This document shows positions 32,847-43,392 of a stretch of 64,000 bases of DNA, piece after piece. The notes under the pieces are model-generated. The model worked only from the letters and a program-made list of their open reading frames with translations. It was not told the origin of the DNA and made no database searches. Within the stretch, counting starts at the first letter, position 1; each line of letters opens with the position of its first letter. The stretch is from the NCBI GenBank assembly GCA_963817895.1, contig CAWFQB010000003.1, positions 416,001 to 480,000 on the forward strand, written 5' to 3'. This DNA comes from an uncultured Chthonomonadaceae bacterium. GTDB lineage: Bacteria; Armatimonadota; Chthonomonadetes; Chthonomonadales; Chthonomonadaceae. The translations under genes were made by a program, and so were the position numbers.

Positions 32847-33548
32847 TTACGCCTGCTCACCGGATATGGCAGACGGTTCGGCAGGTGTTTCGGATGGCAA
32901 AGGCATACTCAGAGCGGAAAAGGGCGGCGGCGTGGGCGCGACGACAACGGGCGGCCACACAATTTTGGCCTTGCCCTTGATGGTCAGCCGTCCCGGTTCG
33001 CATTTGATCTCGTCCAGCCGGACGGAAACAGGCAGTTTCGCTAAATCCAGCGTGAGAATGCGGTGTACATGCTGTTCGATTACTTCCAGAACCGGGGCGG
33101 GAATGGTAATGCCCACCCGCGCCGATTGAAAATCCAGTCGCACCCGCGTGCCGTTGTCCACCACCGCGATGCCTTCCAGCGTAAACGGCAGGCTCAAAAC
33201 AGACTTGACAAAGAGGCCGGTAATCCGCGCTTTGCCGGACAACAGCGACAATTTCACGCCGCGAACAGGCGCGTCCGGGGGCATGTTGGCGGCAAGCAGG
33301 CGGTTCAGGTTCGGTTCGGTCATCATGGCGGTGAATTTGGTTTCGACCACGCTGACCTTCGTAATCGGTTCCTCTTCACCCGCTAATTTATGCGATTCAA
33401 AGGCGATCTCCGTGCCGTCCAGAAACACCTCATCAAGCAACAGGTCTTCGCGCAACTGCACCTGCTGTAAGTGTATCTGCGCGCCCCCCACCTTAAACTG
33501 AACGTCCTGTTTGCGCGCGGGCGCGACTGCCGTTGCGGTCATAAGCAA
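32847..33548 (-). CDS. Hypothetical protein, LmeA/DUF2993-like lipid-binding fold
   Basis: Beta-rich sequence, TEPNLNRLL, LDLAKLPVSVRLDEIKCEPGRLTIKG. Confidence 0.55.
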   Translation of the reverse strand: MLMTATAVAPARKQDVQFKVGGAQIHLQQVQLREDLLLDEVFLDGTEIAFESHKLAGEEEPITKVSVVETKFTAMMTEPNLNRLLAANMPPDAPVRGVKLSLLSGKARITGLFVKSVLSLPFTLEGIAVVDNGTRVRLDFQSARVGITIPAPVLEVIEQHVHRILTLDLAKLPVSVRLDEIKCEPGRLTIKGKAKIVWPPVVVAPTPPPFSALSMPLPSETPAEPSAISGEQA

Positions 33549-33930
33549 CTCCCGTTTCTATTGACGATTTTCGATTGCCGATTGTGGATTGACGGTTGAA
33601 AAACCCTCTTCTGTATTTTCTCTTCCCTCTTCCCTCTTCCCTTTTCCCTTGCCTGTGGATTGTACGTTTGTTGCTCGCGCCGCGTTTCATCGGTTGATGT
33701 GGTATACTATCTATAACTACACTCCAGGTATATTTTTCGATATGCCCGGATTCGCTTTCTTCAAATACGCCGGAGGACGAACCCTTTATCTCGCGCGCAT
33801 TGTGTACCGGCGCGTTGAGCATGGGGGTTTTTGTATTTCTGGAAAATGAGAACGCGAACACTACTTGCGCCAGGCTCTGCGCGGGGGCATGTATCGCCCC
33901 GCAAAAGCCTGAGAAAGCAGAGGCAGTCTT

Positions 33931-34170
33931 ATGTCCACCACTCCAGACCGTTCCAGCAAGCTCGCGTTTACCAGCCGGTGTGTGCCGGGTTCGGCAGCAG
34001 AACAAGAAGAAACCGAACGACTCGCCGAATTCCAGCGCAACAAGGCGCTCCGTTTGGCGCAGGAGGAAGAGAGCCGGCCTGAAGAAGAGGCGCAGCGCGA
34101 AAAAACCTTTCAGGACGACCGCGAACGGCTTTCCAAGAAGCGGACAACGACGTACCACGTTCCGCGCTGA
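33931..34170 (+). CDS. Small charged hypothetical protein
   Basis: 79-aa ORF, helical composition, co-oriented with the next gene. Confidence 0.45.
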   Translation: MSTTPDRSSKLAFTSRCVPGSAAEQEETERLAEFQRNKALRLAQEEESRPEEEAQREKTFQDDRERLSKKRTTTYHVPR

Positions 34171-34205
34171 CAATTGGCGCGGCCTGAACGGTCAGGAACT
34201 GTCTC

Positions 34206-34910
34206 ATGTCCGAAACCAACGACGGCAACAATCAGGAAGCCCCTGATACGGCAGGACAGCCCAAGCAATTCTGGCCGCGCGAGCCATTCAGCGGGCTTTC
34301 ACATCTTGTGGGCGCGTTCCTCTCTGTTTTGGGACTGGTTGCGCTGCTGATACTGTCGCGGGGCAAGCCCTGGCACACGCTTGGCTTCGCTATTTACGGC
34401 AGCAGTCTGATTCTGCTGTACATGGCAAGCGGATTGTACCATAGCCTGCATGTATCCGAACGGCGGCTCAACGCGCTGATGCGTTTCGACCACAGCGCGA
34501 TTTTCCTGCTGATTGCCGGAACCTACGCGCCCCTGTGTCTGGTTCCCCTGCGCGGGGCATGGGGCTGGAGTTTGCTTGCAGCAGAGTATCTGTTGGCCGC
34601 GCTCGGCATCGGCTGCGTCTTGTTATTCAACGGCAAGCCGGAATGGGCGCGCGTCGCGCTGTATGTCGGCATGGGGTGGCTGGCCCTGATTGCCCTGCCC
34701 TCCCTGTGGGCGGCCCTGCCTCCCGGCGCGGTGTGGTGGCTGGTGGGCGGCGGCGTATTATATACGGTGGGAACCGTATTCTATGCTACCAACTGGCCGC
34801 GTTTGTGGCCGGGAAAGTTCGGTGCGCACGATCTATGGCATGTGTTTGTATTGGGAGGCAGCGCGTGTCACTTTGTTTTGATGCTTTATGTGTTAGGGAG
34901 TAGGGAGTAG
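34206..34910 (+). CDS. Hemolysin III / PAQR family membrane protein
   Basis: SGLYH, DHSAIFLLIAGTY, HDLWHVFVLGG. Confidence 0.93.
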   Translation: MSETNDGNNQEAPDTAGQPKQFWPREPFSGLSHLVGAFLSVLGLVALLILSRGKPWHTLGFAIYGSSLILLYMASGLYHSLHVSERRLNALMRFDHSAIFLLIAGTYAPLCLVPLRGAWGWSLLAAEYLLAALGIGCVLLFNGKPEWARVALYVGMGWLALIALPSLWAALPPGAVWWLVGGGVLYTVGTVFYATNWPRLWPGKFGAHDLWHVFVLGGSACHFVLMLYVLGSRE

Positions 34911-34984
34911 GGGTTAGGGAGTAGGAAAAGCGTTGTTCCACTTGCGCATTATTCTACTCCCTACTCCCTGACCCCTACTCCCTG
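34893..34984. repeat. Palindromic element with GGGAGTA/TACTCCC heptamer arms
   Basis: Left arm contains the hemolysin III stop codon; right arm ctactcc-ctactcc-ctgaccc-ctactcc. Confidence 0.75.
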
Positions 34985-35006
34985 CGTAATAGAAAGGGGT
35001 TGCCTA

Positions 35007-35213
35007 ATGGCATCCGGAGAAGTTCCTGTTGTTTGTCCGCAGTGTCAGCATCGGGCCAGTGTGCCTGTTGCCGCCGTCAAGCGAGACAACTACTATTGTG
35101 GAAAATGTTTTGAGCGTATTCCGATGGTTGGAGTACGCACATTCAGTTCCGAAGGCGACAACCGCTCCGTTGCGGCGCGTCCCAAGAAGAGCAGCAAAGT
35201 TCACCGCCGCTAA
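35007..35213 (+). CDS. Small zinc-ribbon protein
   Basis: CPQC...CGKC; RBS AAAGGGG. Confidence 0.7.
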   Translation: MASGEVPVVCPQCQHRASVPVAAVKRDNYYCGKCFERIPMVGVRTFSSEGDNRSVAARPKKSSKVHRR

Positions 35214-35636
35214 CAGCGCAACTAAACATAAGAGTCACACCCAACAGTGAATACTCGCCGCAGCAACCCGGATTAAACTCAGGTTTCTGCGGCGGTTGCG
35301 CTTTGGGATTGCCGCGTACAGGCGCGGGGAACAATAGCGGAGTGTATCGCGTCCTGCCTGCTTCTACCTGCCTCATTCGTCTTAGTTTCGCGTAATACCT
35401 GCGCAAGCATTTGTTGCAAACTGTGGCGAAACCCATGATTTTAGTGTAGAATAGACGTATAGAAAGCCGAAGATAAGGCTATGGCTGCCTTTGCCGTCTT
35501 CACAGACCGGGATTGGCAGGGGCTTTGTTGTTTGCGGGCTGTCCACACTCGCTACTCCTTTCCGACTGCTTCAAGAAGACAGTGATATGGCGTTCGAGAT
35601 AATTATGGACTGGAACGCCTTTCTGGAACCGGCATC

Positions 35637-37409
35637 ATGCAAAATTTCGCGCGTTTTTTAAAAGAGCTTCGCCCCTACTGGCGCGTCATGGCGGTTGTCA
35701 TTGTCCTTACCCTCCTTACCGCCGCGCTCTCCCTCCCCCCGCCTTACATCCTGAAGTACCTGACCGACAGCCTTTCCGACGCGCATGTTCGGGCGAACTG
35801 GCGCGTTCCTCTTGCGCGGGTATTTATCATCCTTGTCGCGCTGTCTACTACCAGTTCGTTTGTCGGATACTGGCTGTCATACGCCGTCACCTATCTCGGC
35901 CAGCGCTTCAAGTACGACATGCGGCGCAAGCTGTACACGCACATCCAGTCGCTGTCGCTTGGTTACTTTGAGAAAGCCTCCACCGGCAAATTGATGTCCA
36001 ACATCACCAATGACGTGGCCTCGCTCGACCAACTTATCGGCGGCAGCTTCGTGACGGTTTTGCAGGATGTGGTGATGCTGGTGAGCGCGTTGGGATTTCT
36101 GCTGTATCTCAACTGGAAGCTCGCCCTGATCGCTCTGGCCGTGTATCCGCTGTACATACTCAACTACAAGCTGTTTATCGGCAAAATCAAACTTGCCAGC
36201 CACGAGGTGCGGGAACAGCGCGAAGTTTTATACGGAGATTTACAGGAAAAACTGGCGGGCGTCCAGGTGGTGCGCTCGTATGCCCGCGAACGGGCGGAAG
36301 TGCGGGCGTTCGCCGGAGAAACCCGCAACCTGCTCGGCCTGAACGTCCGCATGACCGCGTATTCCACCGCCCTTGTCGGCATGTCGGAATTTATCGCCAG
36401 CGGCTGCGGAACCGCTCTGCTGTTGTGGTACGGCGGCAGGGCCGTGATGCGCGGCGAAATGACGCCCGGTTCCCTGATCGCCTTTTACGGCTATATGGGC
36501 GGCTATGTGTATCAGCCCACGCAGCGTCTTATCCAACTCAATGACCAGATTGCCCGCGTGAACACGGCCCTGTGGCGCATCTTCACCAATCTGGACACCA
36601 AGCCCAATGTAGAGGACAAGCCCAATGCCGTTGTCCTGCCGACCGTTCGCGGCGATGTGCGCTACGAAGACATCTGGTTCGGCTATGAGCCGGACCACCC
36701 TGTTCTGAAGGGTATCAATCTGGACGTAAAAGCGGGGCAGATGATCGCGTTCGTCGGGCAGTCCGGGTCGGGCAAGACCACCATGATCAACCTTTTGCAG
36801 CGGCATTACGACGTGCAGGAGGGGCGCATCACGATTGACGGGCATGACGCGCGTGACGTCGAATTGAAATCGCTACGGCGCCAGGTGGGCGTGGTGATTC
36901 AGGAAACCATTCTGTTCAATACTACGATTCGGGAAAACATCCGCTACGGCAAACTGGACGCTGACGATCAGGAAGTAGAAGCCGCGGCCCGTTCCGCCAA
37001 CATCGCCCATGTCATCGAAGCCCTGCCGCGCGGGTATGACACCAAAATCGGCGAGGATGGAACCAAACTATCGGGCGGCGAAAAACAGCGCATCGCCATT
37101 GCCCGCGCCATTCTGTCCGACCCGCGTATCCTGATTCTGGATGAAGCGACCAGCGCGCTTGACTCGGAAACCGAAGCCCTGATACAGGAAGCGCTGGATC
37201 GGCTCATGGCGGGACGCACCAGTTTCGTGATCGCGCACCGCCTGTCCACGATTGTGAAAGCGGACAAAATCGTCGTCATGGAAAAAGGCGTGATTCTGGA
37301 AGCCGGAAGCCATGCCGAACTGCTGGCGCTGGGCGGAAGCTACGCCGGCTTATACAATCAGCAATTCAAGGTAGCTTTGGAAGGGCATGGGGTGGCAGCC
37401 GGTGGTTAA
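35637..37409 (+). CDS. ABC exporter half-transporter (TMD+NBD, MsbA/Sav1866-like)
   Basis: GQSGSGKT, LSGGEKQR, ILDEATSALD, IAHRLST. Confidence 0.95.
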   Translation: MQNFARFLKELRPYWRVMAVVIVLTLLTAALSLPPPYILKYLTDSLSDAHVRANWRVPLARVFIILVALSTTSSFVGYWLSYAVTYLGQRFKYDMRRKLYTHIQSLSLGYFEKASTGKLMSNITNDVASLDQLIGGSFVTVLQDVVMLVSALGFLLYLNWKLALIALAVYPLYILNYKLFIGKIKLASHEVREQREVLYGDLQEKLAGVQVVRSYARERAEVRAFAGETRNLLGLNVRMTAYSTALVGMSEFIASGCGTALLLWYGGRAVMRGEMTPGSLIAFYGYMGGYVYQPTQRLIQLNDQIARVNTALWRIFTNLDTKPNVEDKPNAVVLPTVRGDVRYEDIWFGYEPDHPVLKGINLDVKAGQMIAFVGQSGSGKTTMINLLQRHYDVQEGRITIDGHDARDVELKSLRRQVGVVIQETILFNTTIRENIRYGKLDADDQEVEAAARSANIAHVIEALPRGYDTKIGEDGTKLSGGEKQRIAIARAILSDPRILILDEATSALDSETEALIQEALDRLMAGRTSFVIAHRLSTIVKADKIVVMEKGVILEAGSHAELLALGGSYAGLYNQQFKVALEGHGVAAGG

Positions 37410-38463
37410 GCGCAGCGTACTCTCACTCTTTACCCTCGCTTTGTCTTTGCTGCTCCTGCCGATGGGATGCCGCCACAAGGCTGCGCCGCTACAGCAGCGC
37501 GTGTTCGCGGGCCATGCCAACTACATCAACAGCGTGGCATTTTCGCCGGATGGCAAAACACTGGCGACGGCAAGCGCAGACCACGACGTGAAACTGTGGG
37601 ACACGGCAACGAGTAAGGAAACCCATTCGCTCGGCGGGCATACGGAAGTCGTGTCGCAGGTTGTTTTTTCGCCGGACGGCAGGATACTGGCGAGTTCAGG
37701 ATGGGATCACACCGTTCGGCTGTGGAACCCGGACACGGGAAGCCTGCTGCGCGTCCTGACCGGGCCGAGTTTAGCCGTGCTATCCATCGCCTTTTCACCC
37801 GACAGCAAGCGCATCGCGGGCGGAAGTTCCGACCACACGGTTACAATATGGGACGCCCAGACGGGCAAACCGCTGAAAACGCTGGAGGAGTCGGAAAACC
37901 CCGTCGCGTTCTCGCCGGACGGCAGTTTGCTGGCAGTGGGAAACGAAAACCACACGATGAAAGTTTGGAAAGTCCCACAGGACAAGGGCAAGGCCGCGAG
38001 GTGGGAAATGCTGCATACGCTGGCCGGTCACACGGAATCTATTATGTCTGTCGCGTTTTCGCCGGATGGCAAATGGGCAGGCACGGGCAGCGCGGATACG
38101 GACGCGCTGTTGTGGAACGCCGTGAACTGGCAAGAATCGGATCGCCTGCGGCTGCATCTCGGATGGGTGCGCTCCGTAACCTTCACGCTTGACAGCAAGA
38201 TGTTTCTGGCGGGCGCGGGCCACGTCGTTCAATTTTATGATTCCCAGACCGGGAACATCCTGAAAACGCTGCAAACGCCCTTCGATATCGTTACGGGCAT
38301 CGCGCTTTCCCGCGACGGCAACCAGCTCGCCATTGCCGGAACCTTCAAATCGTCCGCCGATCCCGCCGAAGTGGGCAAGCAACAGGCGGATACGGATGCC
38401 GCCGACAGGCAAATGGAAAAAAAGGCGATCATTTATACTGTCAGCGACATTTTCGCGCAGTAG
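37387..38463 (+). CDS. WD40-repeat lipoprotein
   Basis: Lipobox-like PMGC; repeated GH...SVAFSPDG...D.TVKLWD units. Confidence 0.9.
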   Translation: MGWQPVVKRSVLSLFTLALSLLLLPMGCRHKAAPLQQRVFAGHANYINSVAFSPDGKTLATASADHDVKLWDTATSKETHSLGGHTEVVSQVVFSPDGRILASSGWDHTVRLWNPDTGSLLRVLTGPSLAVLSIAFSPDSKRIAGGSSDHTVTIWDAQTGKPLKTLEESENPVAFSPDGSLLAVGNENHTMKVWKVPQDKGKAARWEMLHTLAGHTESIMSVAFSPDGKWAGTGSADTDALLWNAVNWQESDRLRLHLGWVRSVTFTLDSKMFLAGAGHVVQFYDSQTGNILKTLQTPFDIVTGIALSRDGNQLAIAGTFKSSADPAEVGKQQADTDAADRQMEKKAIIYTVSDIFAQ

Positions 38464-38486
38464 TTGGAGAGTTTGGGAGCTAGATT

Positions 38487-40242
38487 GTGGATCAGTTTCG
38501 ACGATTATTAGGCTATTTACGCCCCTATCGCAAGCGCGTCGGGCTGGCGGTCTTCCTGCTGCTGTGTCAGGCGACCACGCCCGTTATCATGCCCAAACTG
38601 CTGCAATACGCGCTTGACGACGTGTTGCCGCATCATCGCTACGGAACGCTGAACTGGATCGGAATCGGCATTTTCGCGCTGTACGCCCTGCGCGGCGTGA
38701 TCTCTTTCGCGCTCAACTATATCATCGGCTGGCTGGGGCAGCGCATTGTTTTCGATCTGCGCTTTCAATCCTATCGCCACCTGAATCGCCTGTCCCTCGC
38801 CTACTACGACACGCGGCAAACGGGCAAAATTATCTCGCGCCTGATGAGCGATATTGACTTTATTCAGCAGATGATTTCTGGCAACTTTGTGCAGTTTATG
38901 GCGGACTCGATGAGCGTGATTATCGTGCTTGCCATGCTGTTCAATATTCAGTGGCGGCTTGCCCTTGTCGCCCTGATAGCCATCCCCTTTTATGTGCTGA
39001 ACTACAAGCTGTTTATCCGCCACATTCGCCCCATCAGCGAGGAGTTGCGCGAAAAATGGGACGCCCTTCTCGGCATGTTGCAGGAGAAGTTGACGGGCAT
39101 CAACGTTGTGAAAGCGTTTGTGCGCGAGGATTATGAAACCGAAAAGTTCATGGGAACCGTGATGGACAATTTCACGCTCGGCATGAAGCAGATGAAGATG
39201 AACCGGCGCTTGCAGGGCGTGGCACAGGTGATACGCGGCATCGGAACCGGCCTGGTGCTGTGGTACGGCGGCGCGTTGATATTGCATCGGTATATGCGCA
39301 TCGGGGAACTGATCGCTTTCAACGCCTTAATCGCGCAATTGTACGACCCGGCTGTACGCATCGTGGACTTTAATGTGCAGGTGCAATGGACGGGCGCGGC
39401 GATTGAACGCATATTCGAGACGCTGGACACGCGCCCCGAAATTGTGGACGCGCCCAACGCCGTGACCATCAAGCAAATGGCGGGCGCGGTGGAGTTCCAG
39501 AACGTGTCGTTCGGCTACGATCCGAATCTATCCCGTGCTGCACGACATAGATTTGAGGGTAAATCCCGGCGAGATTATCGCCATTGTCGGACCGTCCGGC
39601 GCGGGCAAAACAACCCTCGTCAATCTCATTGCCCGTTTTTACGATGTGAATCAGGGGCGCATACTGGTGGATGGAACCGATTTGCGGCAGGTGCGGTTGG
39701 AATCGGTGCGGCGTCAGATCGGCATCGTCAGTCAGGAGAGCCTGCTGTTTTCCGTCTCGTTAAAAGAGAACATCCGGTACGGCAAGCCGGGTTCGACGGA
39801 TTTGCAGATATTGCAGGCGGCCAAAAACGCCGACATGCACAACTTCATTATGAACCTGCCGCACGAGTACGATACGAAGATAGGGGAAGACGGCATCAAA
39901 TTATCGGTAGGCCAGAAGCAGCGCATGAGCATCGCCCGCGCCACGCTTACCGACCCGAAAATCCTGATTCTCGACGACGCGACAAGCGCCTTAGACAGCA
40001 AAACGGAAGCGAATGTGCAAGCGGCTTTAGAACGATTGATGAAGGGCAGAACGTGTTTCGTGATCGCGCACCGGCTTTCCACGATTATGAACGCGGACCG
40101 CATTGTGGTTATGGAATTGGGCCGAATTGTGGATGTGGGAACGCACGACGAACTGGTAGCGCGTCCCGGCGTGTACCAGAAACTCTACAATGAGCAGTAC
40201 CGCAGCGCGAGAGAAGAGGCCATGGAAGCCCTCTTCGCGTAA
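38487..40242 (+). CDS. ABC exporter half-transporter with degenerate ATPase motifs (frameshift near 39530)
   Basis: GPSGAGKT, signature LSVGQKQR, Walker B ILDDAT (catalytic E replaced by D). Confidence 0.9.
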
Positions 40243-40393
40243 GTTTCTTTCAGCCGCAAACACTCTCGCATAATTTTCGCTCTGCCATCTGCCAAACCAG
40301 ACGCTCTGCTCCGCCCTGCATAGGAAGGAGCGCAAACTGGAGCCAGCAAGTTGCTGCGGGCAAACGAAGTTGAAAAGCGCCTGAAAAACCAAC

Positions 40394-41119
40394 ATGGGAG
40401 ACAATGCGGTGTCGCAGGAGAACACAGATCAAAACGGTTCTCATGAGAGTTCCAGGCCCGAACTGCATGAAAGTTCCATTGAGAATGTTGAATATGGTGT
40501 CTACGAGGATTCTCATGAGAGTTCCATTCCAAAACGGCGTGTAGCCGTCGTGCCTTTCATCGCGGCTCTGGATTACGACGCCGAGTTTCACGCCAGACGG
40601 GGCGAAGCGCCGCCGCCCGTTGTGCCGGAGGCCGCCTTCCGGAAAGCGGTAAGACAGCGCACAATCGCGAGGGTATGGGGAACAGCCCTGATGCTGCTTG
40701 TTGGGGGATTGCTCGTCCGAACCGCAATCTATGCCTACACCGATACGCGCGCCTACATCGCTGGACAACCGCAGCATATAGAAACATCGGAGGACTCCGT
40801 CAATGCTCCGACGGTCATCATCCCGCGTGTTGTACCGTCCATGTACCCTTTGCCGGCAGATTGGGAGCGAGCCACGCTGTTCAAGTATACGTATTTGCTG
40901 CTGGGGATGGGTGTTTGCAGTTACCTGGGCATCACGGCCCTGTACCGCGCTCAAAACATAGAAACCGGTGTGCCTGATACGGAGCAGTTGCCCCTTGTGG
41001 AAATAGTAGCCTATCTTCCCTCTGAACTTGCCAACCCAAAATCACCTGTTCCGCCCCGCCCGGATAGGAACGGGGAAGAGAACCCTGCGCCGCGCTCATC
41101 TCGTCCGCCCGCTGAATAA
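40394..41119 (+). CDS. Hypothetical two-TM membrane protein
   Basis: Two hydrophobic segments; three HESS repeats at the N-terminus. Confidence 0.5.
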   Translation: MGDNAVSQENTDQNGSHESSRPELHESSIENVEYGVYEDSHESSIPKRRVAVVPFIAALDYDAEFHARRGEAPPPVVPEAAFRKAVRQRTIARVWGTALMLLVGGLLVRTAIYAYTDTRAYIAGQPQHIETSEDSVNAPTVIIPRVVPSMYPLPADWERATLFKYTYLLLGMGVCSYLGITALYRAQNIETGVPDTEQLPLVEIVAYLPSELANPKSPVPPRPDRNGEENPAPRSSRPPAE

Positions 41120-41188
41120 AGGTAAACAACTTCGACCACACGGACACCTATCTCAGTACGCGCTAACAGAAATAACCTGCTTCAACAC

Positions 41189-41230
41189 AAAAACGCCTGC
41201 ATGTCCTTTTCAGAACTTGCAGGCGTTTTT
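41189..41230. terminator. Bidirectional intrinsic terminator
   Basis: aaaaacgcctgca...tgcaggcgttttt between convergent genes. Confidence 0.7.
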
Positions 41231-41302
41231 GACGTTACAGATATAGAACTATCAGCGCGAACCGGCGAGTAGTTGGAGGTAGCGAGACTAGCCACCAGCC
41301 AC

Positions 41303-43168
41303 TTACCGGGCGGCGAGTTGTTTTTCCTGTCGGCGGCGCAGACTGCTATCGAGGATACGCTTGCGCATACGGATGCTCTTGGGCGTCACTTCCACGAACT
41401 CGTCCGGGCCGATGTACTCGATGGCGCGGTCAAGGCTCATTTCCGTGTACGGCGTCAGGCGGATGCCCATGTCGCTGTTGGACGAGCGCATGTTGGAGAG
41501 TTGCTTCACCTTGCACACGTTGAATTCCAGATCGCTGTCGCGTTGGTGCTTGCCCACAATCATGCCCTCGTACACTTCCACGCCTGGGCCGATGAACAGA
41601 ATGCCCCGCTCTTCGGCATTGTTCAGGCCGAACGGGTTGGACGTGCCGGCTTCCGTCGCGACCAGACTGCCGTTGCTGGTTTTGCCGATGTCGCCCACGA
41701 ACGGCTTGTACGCTTCAAACAGCGTGTTGATGATGCCCGTACCCCGCGTGGCCGTCAAGAACTCGTTGCGGAAACCGAGCAGGCCGCGCGTCGGCACGAT
41801 GTAGGTGAAGAACACGCTGCCGTTGGCAAGCCGCATGTTCTGCATTTCGCCCTTGCGCTGCCCCATCTGCTCCACAACCACGCCCTGATGCTCTTCGGCC
41901 ACTTCGATTTCAACGCGCTCGAACGGCTCCAGCTTGTGGCCCTTTTCGTCGTGATGATAAATCACTTCGGGCTGCGCCACCTGCATCTCGTACCCTTCGC
42001 GGCGCATGGTTTCAATCAGAATGGCAAGGTGCAGTTCGCCCCGTCCGCTGACCAGAAACGTATCCGCGTTTTCCGTTTCCGCCACGCGCAGGCTGACGTT
42101 GGTTTCCAGTTCCTTGAACAGGCGTTCGCGCAGTTTGCGGCTTGTGGAATACTGCCCTTCGCGCCCGCCGAGCGGGCTGGTGTTGACGCCGAACGCCATT
42201 TGCAGGGTCGGCTCGTCCACGCGCACGGTTTTCACGGCGCGGGGGTCTTCCCGGCTGGCAATGGTTTCGCCAATGGTCACATCGGCAAGCCCGGACACGA
42301 TGCAGATCTCGCCCGCTTCAATCGAATCCTGCTCCACCTTTTTCAGCCCCTCGTAAATGAAGGCGCTGACGATTTTGGCAGGGCGAATATCGCCGTCGCG
42401 ATTGATAAGGGCCACGTTGTCGCCGGGGTGAACCGTACCCGCGTGAATTCGCCCGATCCCGAAGCGGCCCCGGTAATCATCATAATCTATGCTGGAAACC
42501 AGAATTTGCAGGGGCGCGTTCGGGTCGCCGGTGGGCGCGGGAATGTGGCTGATAATCGTCTCGAACAGCGGCTTCAAGTCGGTTCCCGGCTTGTTGTGAT
42601 CCAGCGTGGCGATGCCCTGCCGCGCAGCCGCGAACACAATCGGGAAATCCAACTGCTCCTCGTTCGCGCCCAGTTCCACAAACAGATCGAACGTCTGATC
42701 CACAACCCAGTCCGGGCGGGCGTCGGCGCGGTCAATCTTGTTGACGACAACGACGACTTTATGCCCCATCGCAAGGGCTTTGGACGTAACGAAGCGGGTT
42801 TGCGGCATCGGGCCATCCACCGCGTCCACGAGCAGCAGTACGCCGTCTACCATCGCCATCACGCGCTCCACTTCGCCGCCGAAGTCGGCGTGACCGGGCG
42901 TGTCCACGATGTTGAGTTTCATGGGCGTGGGGTTGGGCTTTTCGGGCGTAGGGGCCGACAGATAGCTGACAGCCGTGTTTTTGCTGACGATGGTAATGCC
43001 GCGCTCGCGCTCCAGATCGTTGCTGTCCATGACCCGCTCGGCGAAGTCCTGATTGGCGCGGAACACGTTGCCCTGCCGCAGCAGGCCGTCAACGAGCGTG
43101 GTTTTGCCATGATCAACGTGGGCGATGATGGCGATGTTGCGAATGTTTTCCTGCGTATACTGGCTCAT
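41303..43168 (-). CDS. typA: Translational GTPase TypA/BipA
   Basis: [54 protein letters not shown]. Confidence 0.98.
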   Translation of the reverse strand: MSQYTQENIRNIAIIAHVDHGKTTLVDGLLRQGNVFRANQDFAERVMDSNDLERERGITIVSKNTAVSYLSAPTPEKPNPTPMKLNIVDTPGHADFGGEVERVMAMVDGVLLLVDAVDGPMPQTRFVTSKALAMGHKVVVVVNKIDRADARPDWVVDQTFDLFVELGANEEQLDFPIVFAAARQGIATLDHNKPGTDLKPLFETIISHIPAPTGDPNAPLQILVSSIDYDDYRGRFGIGRIHAGTVHPGDNVALINRDGDIRPAKIVSAFIYEGLKKVEQDSIEAGEICIVSGLADVTIGETIASREDPRAVKTVRVDEPTLQMAFGVNTSPLGGREGQYSTSRKLRERLFKELETNVSLRVAETENADTFLVSGRGELHLAILIETMRREGYEMQVAQPEVIYHHDEKGHKLEPFERVEIEVAEEHQGVVVEQMGQRKGEMQNMRLANGSVFFTYIVPTRGLLGFRNEFLTATRGTGIINTLFEAYKPFVGDIGKTSNGSLVATEAGTSNPFGLNNAEERGILFIGPGVEVYEGMIVGKHQRDSDLEFNVCKVKQLSNMRSSNSDMGIRLTPYTEMSLDRAIEYIGPDEFVEVTPKSIRMRKRILDSSLRRRQEKQLAAR

Positions 43169-43180
43169 AAAACCCTTCGG

Positions 43181-43257
43181 GAGCGTTAAGCGTTAAGCGT
43201 TGAACATTAAGAGAATACGAGGAGGTTTCGCCCCTCAATGCTTAACGCTGAACGCTG
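43181..43257. repeat. Palindromic element with GCGTTAA/TTAACGC heptamer arms in the typA leader
   Basis: agcgtta-agcgtta-agcgttg-aacatta ... caatgct-taacgct-gaacgct. Confidence 0.65.
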
Positions 43258-43392
43258 CGTACTTGCTGCTTTTACATGAATAAGGCGAACCGCGTCGCAG
43301 TCCGCGCAAGTAGTGGCAATAGTGTTTAGATAATTGCAGTCTATTGTACCACAACCAGCGGCCTTATGCTTGTTATCGCCGACAATCGAGAC

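Noticed and set aside
40438..40527. Three copies of CATGA(G/A)AGTTCCA as operator or att sites
   Set aside because: All are in frame and encode HESS repeats of the ORF at 40394; best explained as a protein-level repeat.
41273..43189. 638-aa plus-strand ORF, and similar long antisense ORFs over guaB, minD and the oxidoreductase
   Set aside because: Shadow ORFs of GC-rich genes on the opposite strand.
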